Part shown: piece after piece, positions 24,226-34,457 of the stretch
Position numbering within the stretch: position 1 is the stretch's first letter
Layout of the letters: each line of letters begins with the position of its first letter
From: Hyphochytrium catenoides
Taxonomy: Eukaryota > Protista > Hyphochytriomycota
Assembly (NCBI GenBank): GCA_900088475.1
Contig: FLMG01003283.1
Location: forward strand, 1-34,457
Length of the DNA: 34,457 nt
Direction of reading: 5' to 3'
Program-made: the position numbers and the translations under genes
The notes under the pieces: generated by a model
What the model was told of the DNA's origin: nothing
The model's input: the letters and a program-made list of their open reading frames with translations, nothing else
Databases searched by the model: none

Positions 24226-25032
24226 GGCCGCTTGACCGCCCGGTGCCGTTCGTCAGCCTCCTGGCACTAACCTTAACCTTCGCAAGGATCGCGCTTGTCC
24301 TAAACACTACACTCTACGCTGAGTAAGCACGATAAGGATACCCAGACAGCGCTCCTCTCTCCCTTCCTCGCTTAGACTCTCCCTTCAGCGTTAAACTATC
24401 CTTTGCTGACACGTAGATTACTGCGGAGATCACTCAGACAGGACTGTCATCAAAAGAAGCTGCCCCTAATGAGCTCTAAGAGAAACCTCTTGTCCTCCTT
24501 TGTCTGGGTCTGCGTCTGGATCTCTCGAGTCTCTAAATCTCAGTCTGCAGGTCTGCAGGATGATGATAACGGAGATTTTCAATGTCCGAGAAAGAGCCGG
24601 TACCGGTCATCTGTACTACACGTAAAGCTGAACGTACAGCAGAATACGTGTACGTCTGTAGTCGGGGTAAGAAAATTCTGATCGGCGGCGCGGTGTCGAT
24701 TGCAACTTTTATTGAAGACAGACCACGCGCGCGAAAGATTGTGGAGCTCATCGTCTGGGAAGGGACTGTGATCGTTTCTCTTCTTTCTTTGGCTCTTCCA
24801 GAGAGGAATCTCAGCGGTCTATGGTTGATCTCCAGATTCTAGAAGAAGTGAAGGCTGGCGGCCGTTCGTCCTTTTAGTCGCCGTGTGGACGAGTCTTTTT
24901 GTAGCTCGTCTTCGCTCTAGCTTTTACCTTGCCTCGACGACTGAGTTTAGCCAGGGAACCCATCTATCGTCTGTTGCCGGGTTCAAGCAGTCTAAGCAGG
25001 AGTTTCCAGGCTTGGGACCAGGCGTGGCCACA

Positions 25033-26806
25033 ATGACGCTTAAAGTCTATATTGAGAAGCTAGTGCACAGACACGATCTCACCGATGCTGAAATTAGAGA
25101 AGCCTTCAGACATATAGCCCATGGTGCGTAGATCACCATAGCCTTCTACCTTTTTGACTCTTTGGTTACTTCTTTCTGAATGGGCGGGCCTTCGTGACCT
25201 GTAGGAGAGGCAAATGCACCAGAGATCGCCACTCTGCTAGCACTGCTTCGAGCAAAGGGCGAGAAGCCGCATGAAATCGCAGCAATTGCAAAGGAGATGC
25301 TTGAACATTGCTATAAAGTGGAGCTAGAGGTGCTACTGCCGCTTATTCAGCTAGCTCTCTTTCATTCTAACTGCTGCATTCCGAGTAGGAGTCGGTGGTA
25401 GACATCGTTGGAACAGGTGGTGATGGCAGCAACACAGTGAACATCTCTACCGCAGCGGCAGTATTAAGCGCCGCTTGTGGCCTGCGGGTGGCGAAACATG
25501 GCAATCGCTCAGTAACTAGTAGGTAGGGTCTGCATTTGCCATCTATACCAAGAAAGCGCTGTGTATATCATGACATGCTTTTCACAGGTCAGGCTCTGCG
25601 GATGTCCTTGAAGCCCTAGGTATCCCTATGTTGAAAGCGGACAAGATCCGAGAGTGCATCCAATCGGCTGGCATCGCCTTCATGTATGCCCCGCACCATC
25701 ATCCAGCCATGAAACATGTGGCCGAAGCTCGGAAGGCTATAAAGATCAGAACTGTCTTCAACATCATGGGCCCACTCCTTAACCCAGCCAGAGCGAAGAG
25801 GTTGATGATTGGCGTTTATCATCCCGACTTACTTGTGACTATGGCCCAGGTAGGACTCCTGGCCCTCGCGTCACCGCGCGATACTTCTCCATCGTATATT
25901 AATGCTCTATGCCTCTCCTTTATTAGCCTCTATGGAGGTTTGCTATGGGGTGATTGTTCTCTGCAGTTCGGTGGCCTTTTCATAAATCATCAAAGGTCTT
26001 TCTGTTAGACGGCTAGATTATCTTGCTTGGGCCGGTGCCCTCCCTCGCTTTCTCTCTCTTTAGAAGTAGAGCTCCTTTGAGTCTCTGTTAACCTTGTACG
26101 ATCTGTTCTCGTGGCTCAGGTGTACAAAGAGTTGGGAGTAGAGCATGCATTGGTGGTTCATAGCTGCGGTCTGGACGAATTAACTCCGTTAGGGCAAGCA
26201 AAAGTGGCTGAGGTGGGCTGTGTTGCGCGCCTGCTTCTTCTTTTCGCTTAAGTTGGGGTGTTTGACATACGACTTTTGAGTTTCCGCTCCTGTTGTGTGG
26301 CACTAGCTAGTCAACGAAAACCTTACAATGTCAGCAGCTTCTTCCTGATGGCAGCATCAAGAGCTATGATTTCGACCCCACAGCGACATGTGGCATTTCT
26401 CCTTGCACACTGGCAGACCTACAGGGAGGTGACTCCGTTGACAACGCTGAAATATTGATGAGAGTCTTCGGTGGGGGAGCGGAAGCCGAGGGTCCTATCG
26501 GGAATACCATTGCGCTCAACGCTGGAGCTGGTCTGAATGACTTGATCTTTTTAGTAGAGATACTGTGCAAGGAACTAACGACTGTCACCTCATAACAGCC
26601 CTTTACGTCTCAGGAACCGCCTCAAGCATCAGCGAAGGCTACAAGATGGCGAATGAAGTTCTGAAGTCAGGGAAAGGTAATCTAAAAGACCGTCGGATTT
26701 GTAGGCAGAATGTAACATGCTTTGCCCTGCCGCGTTTACAGCTCTTCAGGTTGTTCAAAAGTGGTCATCGGTTGCCACTCGCCTTAGTGCGGAGGAATGC
26801 GCCTAA
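25033..26806 (+). CDS. trpD: Anthranilate phosphoribosyltransferase, 8 exons
   Basis: [93 protein letters not shown]. An upstream start is possible. Confidence 0.95.
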
Positions 26807-27196
26807 GCTCACTTTCTTTTAGGGGAGCTTGTGCAATGTGTGTTGTGAGGAACATATGGAACTTGAGCATAGCAGAGCATATAGATTGCTTTGACCTAGG
26901 TGTAATGACAAGTGACCCGGATGTGTGCCCTAGGACATTACCAAGGCCGGTGCAGGGGCATATAAGACTACCGGAACTTTAATTGAGTTCTCCGTTAGTG
27001 GTCTCTGAAGCTTGTCGCCAACCACAAGGCATTCGAGTTTCTTCAATTCTTTTTATAACTTTCTATGTAGCTCACCAGCCCCCTCTGGTTGCCTATTGCA
27101 TCTTGCTTGAACTGACGAGCTCCACACCTGCGGCGGCCGTGAACAAGACAGAAATGACGGAACCATGATTCGGTAGGAAATATAGAATTAGTCCTC

Positions 27197-27223
27197 TTAG
27201 GGTTAGGCTTAGGGTTAGGGTTA
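27197..27223 (+). repeat. Short interstitial telomere-like array
   Basis: TTAGGG TTAGGC TTAGGG TTAGGG TTA read directly. Confidence 0.8.
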
Positions 27224-27230
27224 ATGCTGT

Positions 27231-30200
27231 CTAAAATGCCCTTTCCTGAAGGTTGCACGCCCACACCAAGAGCTCGACCAATTCTTCCTCCTCAAGCTCC
27301 ATGGGTACAGGGTCCAACCAGCCATCAAAACCCGGTAAGTGTGGCAGAGGTTGTAACCCTGGCACCGGCAGAGGGCCCGCTGATAACGGAATGGGCTCTA
27401 TGCACATCATTTCTACGTCGAAGTCAGAAGTGGGCTTGAAAATCTCATCATCACTATCCACTTCCATACACGCAAGCTGCGGGTGAACGGCATCATCCTC
27501 ATAGGCGATAACTGCCGGAGGCTCAGATCCTTCCATTCCAGTACGGGTACGCCGTCGCGACTCCCGACAGGATGGTTGAGATAGTGATGAGGGTCCATAT
27601 ATCCAAGTCGGGTCGGGGTCATTCATCTTAGCCCAGCTTGCTCCCAGCCCGGCAAAAGGTTGAATGCCATTAGAACCGTCCAGGTCCATCCCATCCACTA
27701 CTGTCCCCGAAATCCCTGCCGCCGCAGTCCAGTCCATTGAGTCATGTTCCGTTTCAGTTCCTTCCATTGCCATAGGGGTATCAGTTCCTTCCATCGCTAT
27801 GGGATTACCATCTTGGGGGTGAGGTTGACCTATGACCGTCAACATTGCTGATTGAGCTGCGATCTGCGTTAGAGGCACTTCCCATCCTCTCGTGGAGTTG
27901 AAGGTCGGCACAGACGGGCAAAAATGTCTTAAGGTCGAGCCCTGCAAAGGGTTTGCCATTTGCGTTGGCGGCTCGCCCTCCTCGACCTCCATCAGGTCTA
28001 GGATTTGTACAGGTTGAGGTAGAGAGTGATATGAAGTGTCAAGACCTGCAAGAGCAATTTTAGACAGTGTGTTTCCCTGAGCTTGTCCACAAGCAGTTAC
28101 CTTCACACTCTGTTTCGTCCGTCCAGGCGTCCCTCCTTCGATGTCGCCTAGGCCTGCGAGCCTTCACTTTTCTCCTCGATGGGTCTGCCAGAAGCAACGG
28201 CTCCAGGTACTGCTGTAGGGTAGAGCCAGGAAGGCTTGGGCGGCGCACTGACGAAAAGTCGAAGTTCTCCTCAAGATACTGCTGCAGAGTTGATCCCTCG
28301 AGGCTTCGTTGTGTCCGGCAAGTGCCTTTTTCTTTGGACTCACAAGGTGCTCCTCTAGATATAGCTGCTAAGACGTCGGCAGGTGGAGGGATTGGCCCAG
28401 ACTGGCTGGATGTAGGAACCACACAGTTAACTTCCGTTATCACCTCTCCTACTGGACCTGACAGTTGACCTGCCACGTCTTGGAGACCTCCTCGCAGTAG
28501 GACAACGTCAAAGACTCGGTCAGAAATCAAATGGGCCTCTGACACTTACCTTCCTCCGAAAGTTTCATATCAGGTAAAATGCTTGCATCCTCTGCTTTAA
28601 CTATAGGCAACGCACCAAGGTGAGCCTCAAGCTGGGCTAGGTCAGAACCAGTATCACCCTCGGTTGAGGGTAGTAGGTCAGGAGAAACGAATGAGGTGCT
28701 TTCTGCAAGTGAGAGATGCGCAGACGCAAGGGTACCCGAAGAATTCGGAGGCAGGTCAGTCTGGGTAGATGCAGGCGGTGTACGAGTGTGAGGCCGTAGG
28801 GAAGGAGCAATTTCATGGGTCTTCAAAGGTATCTTGGGGCTCGCTTGACTAAAAGGGGACTCTGGACCTATTGCTGCGTAAAAGGGAACATTCATGCGCA
28901 AGCCGTGAGAATGATGGCAACTTTCTAACGAGGATCAAGAAGGAGCTCCATTACCTGACATAGTCAAGGGAAGTTCCGGGGGTCCTTGACGATCCTCAAG
29001 GACCAGAGAGCAAATCAGGCTCTCGACCATTTCAACCGCAGGTGGAAGGAGTGGCGGAGGCACCACGTTGGGATCAAGAGGGGCATATCCCCCAGATGTC
29101 AATGCCAATGGTTTATCTTCCAGCTCTACCTGTTGCGAGTTGTTGCTGTCGCGGTCAGCGGCCCCAAGTCCTGAAGAAAAGAGGGAACCAAACGTTAGAG
29201 TTTGCCTAATTTACCAACCCCGAGGGAGCAATGCCGTGTTGGAATCCCCAACGATTCTAAGGAGCCGCCGGCCGCACGGCAGACTGGTGAGGATGGGGTT
29301 AGAAATACCTTGTTTTAATTCCCAACAGTCCTGAAGAGACGTTGACCAGACCGGAGATTGACCAGGATGGGGGCCAAGAGCACCCTGAAGATACAAGCTG
29401 GAGGTACAAGGAAGGCAGCTTCTGGCCCCCTTCAGTCCCCACTTGTACCTCCAGGGTGCTCATAGCCCCATCCTGGTCAATCTGCGGTCTGGTCAACGCT
29501 CTTCAGTACCGTTGGGGCTTTCAAACAAGGTTATTCTTAACCCCATCCTCATCACTCTGCGATGTGGTCGGTGTGACCTGAGGACCACTGGGGATCTCAA
29601 CACGGTCTTGATCTGAGGAAAGTCCATAGAGCCAGGAGCATCGAGAGTCAAATGGTAAGCCACGTGGCAAACAATGGTGAACAGGAGAAGGCGGTATAAT
29701 CCGCAAATAGCGTCGACCGCCTGGGCATAAGAAACTCAATCTCACCTGTGGGATGCACCTCATCATCTCTTTCTTCTAACACCTCAGACTGTAAAGAAGG
29801 TTCAAGGCAAGAAGAGTGATTCAGACTGTCGGACTGCGAAGAATCAGCATTATCACCCAGAGCCATTTCTGGTTGCTCAGGCTCCTCCACCAGCGGAGCC
29901 TCCCACGATGACTCGCTGCAGCTTGTCAAAGCGTCATCTTCCACAGTTTCTAAGTGGTCTCTTGGCTGGAAATATGGTTGCTCTGCAAGAACTCCGTCCA
30001 GTGCACAATAAGAAGCCAATCCGCCTCCAGGAACCACACCCTGCTCCAAAGTGAAAAGCTTATGAACTTCTGAAATCGGCAAAGCCTTGGAAGGTGAGTC
30101 CTCGATGCTGGCTCGAGAGAGACCTCCAGTAATTGGCTCCAAGAAAGAAGCAGATGCAAGTGATACTAGCCGCTCGCTGCAGATGCCATTGCTGACGTTT

Positions 30201-33200
30201 CTGGCCTGATCCAGCTCCAGATTGACCTGAATGCACGGAGAGATATTGTTTGGGGTGCTCGCAGCACTTCCTGTGACACCTGCCGAACCGTCTTGGTTCT
30301 GAGATGATAGTGCCTGATCCTTTATGCGAGCGGTGGAGAGTTCCAAGTCTTCTGTGGGGGTACACTCTTGAGTTCTCTCGGCATGATGCTCTGAGTCAAC
30401 TAATATTGAGGTGTTAGGCCCATCAAGATGAGAGGTAGCACTCATGCGAGAAGCAGTTTTGGTTACCTTTTTGGCTATGTGAAGGGCTCTGAAGTGTGGC
30501 CTTTGCCTCTTTGAAGCTCACGCTATTTATGCTGACTCCTTCACCTATGGAGTGTTCTTTCGCCCCCTGTTGTTCTACCTCTACCTTCGCTGCACAGCGC
30601 TGTGACGGTACCTTCATGTCGAATTCGACATTCTCTAACAGAAGCGCTTGTTCATCGTAGTCCTTCCCCCAGGCTTCGTGGCTGTCTTCGTGGGATTTAG
30701 GTTCATCCTTCACTAGAGGACCATCATACGGCCCTTGATAGGGCTCTTCGTTATTACCCTCCAACGGCTCTGCTGCAGAAGGGACGAGGAGTGCAGAGAC
30801 TTGTGAGTAAGCGCCGCGCGAACTCTGACCAAGGACTTTCATGCCAGGTTTAAAAGTGTGTGCCCACCGAGCCCTTGCTATTTTACTTGCTAATACTTGA
30901 GGCACGAATAAACCCCTTAAGTTTTTGCTTTGGCTATGTTATCGTTTTATGCATACTAAGCCTGTGTGATGAATAGACTCACCTCCTTCGTCAATCAGCA
31001 GTACGACTGCATCCGCGGATTCAGCACCGTTTGTGCTGCAACTCAGAGAGCTGAGCTGTTCTGGCAATGACTCAGGGGGAACAGTTTCAAGTGCGGTTGC
31101 AGCTCTACATTCTTCTAAGAGATCCTCAGGAGGGAGAATGGATCCGGCGATGGCTCCCGTTCGACGAAGCTTGGTCTGGGCTTTGGTGGCCCCACATTCT
31201 CCTTTTCCTGTATCGCTTTCATCTGGTGAGCCGTCCAGTGGGAAGAAGGAGAGTGAGGAGGAGAACGTCAGCTCTAACAACAAACAGATTTTTGGTCGGG
31301 GGTCGTACCCAGTATGTGGAGTTCTGTGAGGAGAGAGGACTCTACTTCTTCGTGTTCAATATCCTCCCTTAAGAGGGCTGATAAGGAGCAAATGCTACTG
31401 GCGGGCGTCAAAGTGCCATCATGTGGTTTGACAGGAGGGTTCTTTCCCTGAGCGTTTAATTCTTCTGCCGTGAATGGAGCCACATGCAGCCCCGTGGTAG
31501 TGAACAACGATTGGGACAAGTTCGCAAGGTCTTGGATGCTGAGAGGCTCGTGTTCTCCTGAAGGTGACACCTCCATAAGCGCTGATTGCCCAATACTAGC
31601 ATCAAAAAAAGAAGCAAATCCAAATTCCCCGAGCGGCTCTGGGCTGATGGCGCTGCTACTCAGGTTGGCGTGGGCCAGGACCAGAGTAGACTGACGGGAA
31701 GGTACGATCCTGTATGTGGTAGTCAATATCTTACCTGATACATCTTCTGCCGAGTCTTCCTCTCCCTGAAACATTCGTGATGACTCCACCTCAAAGTCCT
31801 CTGAGAGGGCATCCTTTATGGCCATCTCTTGCACCGAACCTGAATATTGCTGGTAAAAAGAAAGGCGTATGGAATTGATTTGGAGCAGCATCCTCCTTAC
31901 CTGGCAGGTCTCTAGGTGAGGCATGAGAACGCGTGACGGTATCCTCCCGGTCACTCTCATTACTGACAGTAGTAATGGGCTTTGTTTCTTCCTGTCCGTG
32001 GTGCGATGTGGCTGAAGAGTAGAGGCGTGCGCTATTCGGCAAGTCTTCTGACGATGAACCGACAGTTCTGCATCTTGCCGTCAGGTTCTCTGAGACGGAA
32101 AGGTTGCCTTTTTGCGTGCTGATTTGTCTTAGCTCTTGTTTCTCGTTCTGCCCTTGCATTGTTTCTTGATACTCTTGCTGCAGCTGTGTATCTGAGGAAG
32201 GGGGAGGCAAGCAAAGTGGAGAGGGTAACACGTCAGGGGAAGGCAAAGCCTGGGAGGTAGAAAATCTTCAAATCGGCTCTTACCGTCAGACCCCGCAACT
32301 GCTACTTCTGTAACGCCCTCCACCTGGGCTGTAGTAGCGTCGTCCGCTCGACAGACAAGAGCTCCGTCCAATGCACAATCAGAAGCGAATCTGCCAGCTG
32401 AAAGCCCACCCTGTTCCCTGATAGAAAGCTCATGTTCTTCTGAAGTCGGTAGAAACTGAAGCGGTGAGTCCTCGATGCTGGCTCCTACCGAACCTGCAGC
32501 GATCGAATCGAAGGCAGATGTAGATGCAAGTGGTACTGGCTGCTCGGTGCAGGTTCCATTGCCGAAGTCACTGGCTAGATGCAGCTCTGGAGTGACCTTA
32601 GTGCACGTAGAGTCATTGTTTGTGATACTCACAGCACTTCCTAGGACATCTGCCCGGCCATCTTGGCCCTGAGATGGTAGTGCTTGATCCTGACAGAAAG
32701 TAGTGGAGCGTTTCAAGTCCTCTGCTAGGACCTGCTCTTGAGCTTTCTCGGCATCAGGCTCTGAGTCAACTACTAGTGAGTAGTTAGGACCGCCACGATG
32801 AGAGATGGAGCAATCATGCGAGAAGCAATTCTTATTACCTTTGTGGCCAAATGAAGGCCTCTGAAGGGTGGCTCTTATCGCGTCGTGGCTCGCGGCATCA
32901 TTGGTGATTCCATCTGTGGAATGGTCTTCCATCTCTCGGTTTTCTACCTTAACCTCTGTTGCACAGCACTGTGACGGTATCTTCACGTCCAATTCGACCC
33001 TCTCTGACAGGAGCGCCGGTCTAGCGGAGTACTTCTCCCGGCCTTCGTTGCTGTCTTCGTGGGCTTTAGAGTCACCCTCGACCGGAGACCCATCATGCGG
33101 CCCTTGATAAGACTCTTCCTTATCACCCTCCACCGGCTCTGCTGCAAAGGAGATTAGTGAAGAGACTTGTGAGTAAGCGCCGCAAGAACTCTAACGAATG

Positions 33201-34457
33201 ACGTTCTTAAGAGAGGTTAGAGGTGTGGCGGTCACCAAGCCCCTTGCTTGTTGACAAGCCACTTTGAAGTACACTTAACCCCTTATCTTCTTGCTTTAGG
33301 CTATGTTATCGTTGTACGCACACTAACTCTGTGTAAAGATGGACAGACTCACCTTCTTCGCTGATCAGCAGTACGATTGCATCTGGGGATCCAACACCGT
33401 CTGCGCTGCAACTCAGAGAGCTAAGCTGTTGTGAGGATGACTCAAGAGAAACGATCTCAGGTGCGGTTNNNNNNNNNNNNNNNNNNNNNNNNNNNNNNNG
33501 GTTAAGGGTCGTACCTGGTAAGTGGATTCCTATGCGCAGAGAAGACTCCACTTGTTTGTGTTCATAATCCTCCGTCAAGAGGGCAGAAAGGGAGCAAATG
33601 CTACTGGTGGTGGTTGGAGTGCCAACATCTGGGGTTACAGCGGGCTTCCTTGGCTGAGCGTCGGATTCCTCTGTCCTTTCTGGAGTCACTTGCAGCAAAG
33701 TGCCAGTAGCCAACGACATGAACGACTCCGCATTGTCTTGAATACTGGGAAGCTCGTCCCCCGTTGGAGCTGGCAACAGAAGGGGCGATTGCTCGATACT
33801 GGCTGACAAGAGGTTTGCAGCGATGGTATCAAAAGGAGAAGCCAATTGAAGTTCTCCTATCGGTTTTGGGCAGGAGGCATGGATACTTAGGTCGGGGTCG
33901 GCCAAGAGAGCCAGAGTAGACTGACGGGGAGATACAGTCCTGTTGGTGTTAGTGAAAGTCTTAGCTGACACTTTGTCTGCAGCTTTTTCCTCTGCCTGGG
34001 ATGGTCGTGATGGATCCACCTCAACGTCCCCTGAGATGGCATCCTTTATGGCCATCTCTTGCACCGAACCTGAATATTGCTGGTAAGAAGAAAGTCCTAT
34101 GGAAATGTTTTGAGGGCATCCTCCTCCTTACCTTCTAGGTCTCTAGCTGAGGCATGAGAAAGCGTGACGGTATCCTCTTGGTCACTCTCTGCACCGACGG
34201 CGGTAATGGGGTTTGTTTTCTGCTGCTTATGATCCACGTCTGACAACACACAGGCAGCCGCAGGCTCAAAGGGAGAGAGATGTTCAACATCAGATTGGCA
34301 GCTGACAATGGAACTGGTGGGCCTATCTAATTCAGCTGAGAGCGGCCCATCTTCGGTTGCGCCTTCAACAGCTCTCCTTGCTGCCAAAGGATGGTCCTGA
34401 GCCTGATTTCCCGCGTCGAGCTTGGGCTGAGACGTCCAGCTAAGGGACTCTTCCATG
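27231..34457 (-). CDS. Very large (>1,800 aa in window) acidic Ser/Glu/Asp/Pro-rich protein of unknown function. The 5' end probably lies beyond the right edge
   Basis: Inferred GT-AG introns: 34131-34070, 33514-(gap), 33352-33142, 32838-32770, 32283-32192, 31900-31840, 31308-31223, 30982-30773, 30466-30400, 29745-29171, 28954-28874, 28549-28479 and 28100-28046. These join the fragmented ORFs into one frame ending in TAG at 27231. Every fully sequenced internal exon is a multiple of 3 nt. Confidence 0.75.
29234..29605. repeat. Long imperfect inverted repeat (fold-back) in a 575-nt intron
   Basis: Arms at about 29234-29410 and 29442-29605. For example gttgaccagaccggagattgaccaggatgggg (29341) matches the reverse complement at 29466-29497 with one mismatch. 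The outer 49 nt align ungapped at 34/49. Confidence 0.9.
29990..32015 (-). repeat. Intragenic tandem duplication, copy A
   Basis: Shares exons and introns with copy B. Examples: gccatctcttgcaccgaacctgaatattgctggtaa at 31821 and 34051, and gagacttgtgagtaagcgccgc near 30796 and 33163. Boundaries are approximate. Confidence 0.88.
32360..34245 (-). repeat. Intragenic tandem duplication, copy B (contains the N gap)
   Basis: Offset from copy A is about 2370 nt left of the gap and about 2210-2230 nt right of it. Homologous peptides include GSVQEMAIKDA, SSICSLSALL.ED.EH and QLSSLSCS..G. Confidence 0.88.
33469..33499. other. Assembly gap (31 N)
   Basis: Run of N characters. Confidence 0.99.

Noticed and set aside
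28981-29200. Plus-strand QVEGVAEA peptide suggesting an inverted exon, and a 9-bp hairpin at 28981-29004
   Set aside because: The segment is a clean minus-strand exon (29170-28955) with strong splice sites, so the match and the small hairpin are compatible with chance.
30400-30466. Apparent frameshift (2-nt deletion versus copy B) suggesting a pseudogene
   Set aside because: It lies within a 67-nt intron (GTAACC...CCTAAC...TTAG). Splicing restores the frame.
27231-34457. Transposon or retroelement interpretation of the repetitive region (PMELE resembles a Gag motif)
   Set aside because: No zinc knuckle, protease, RT, integrase or transposase motifs, no LTRs, and a regular exon-intron structure.

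Overview
Gene-dense, intron-rich eukaryotic nuclear DNA in the standard genetic code, with short GT-AG introns and CTAAC/CTGAC-type branch points. A stramenopile origin is likely, but this is inferred from protein architectures. Manual splicing gives ten recognisable genes in 1-26.8 kb: ERG2/sigma-1 sterol isomerase (partial), a membrane-anchored RanBP2-zinc-finger HECT E3 ligase, GABA aminotransferase, phosducin-like TXNDC9/PhLP3, an EEP-family hydrolase, eIF3g, dihydroxyacetone kinase (with a probable GC-AG intron), UBE2J1/Ubc6, a PUB-domain protein and anthranilate phosphoribosyltransferase. A short TTAGGG array at 27.2 kb is followed by one unrecognised minus-strand gene of more than 1,800 aa filling the last 7.2 kb. 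Its product is acidic and low-complexity. All 13 inferred introns are phase 1, a five-exon module of about 2.3 kb is tandemly duplicated, and the longest intron holds a fold-back of about 370 nt. This gene is the most unusual element in the window. All coordinates were read by eye, and no searches were run.
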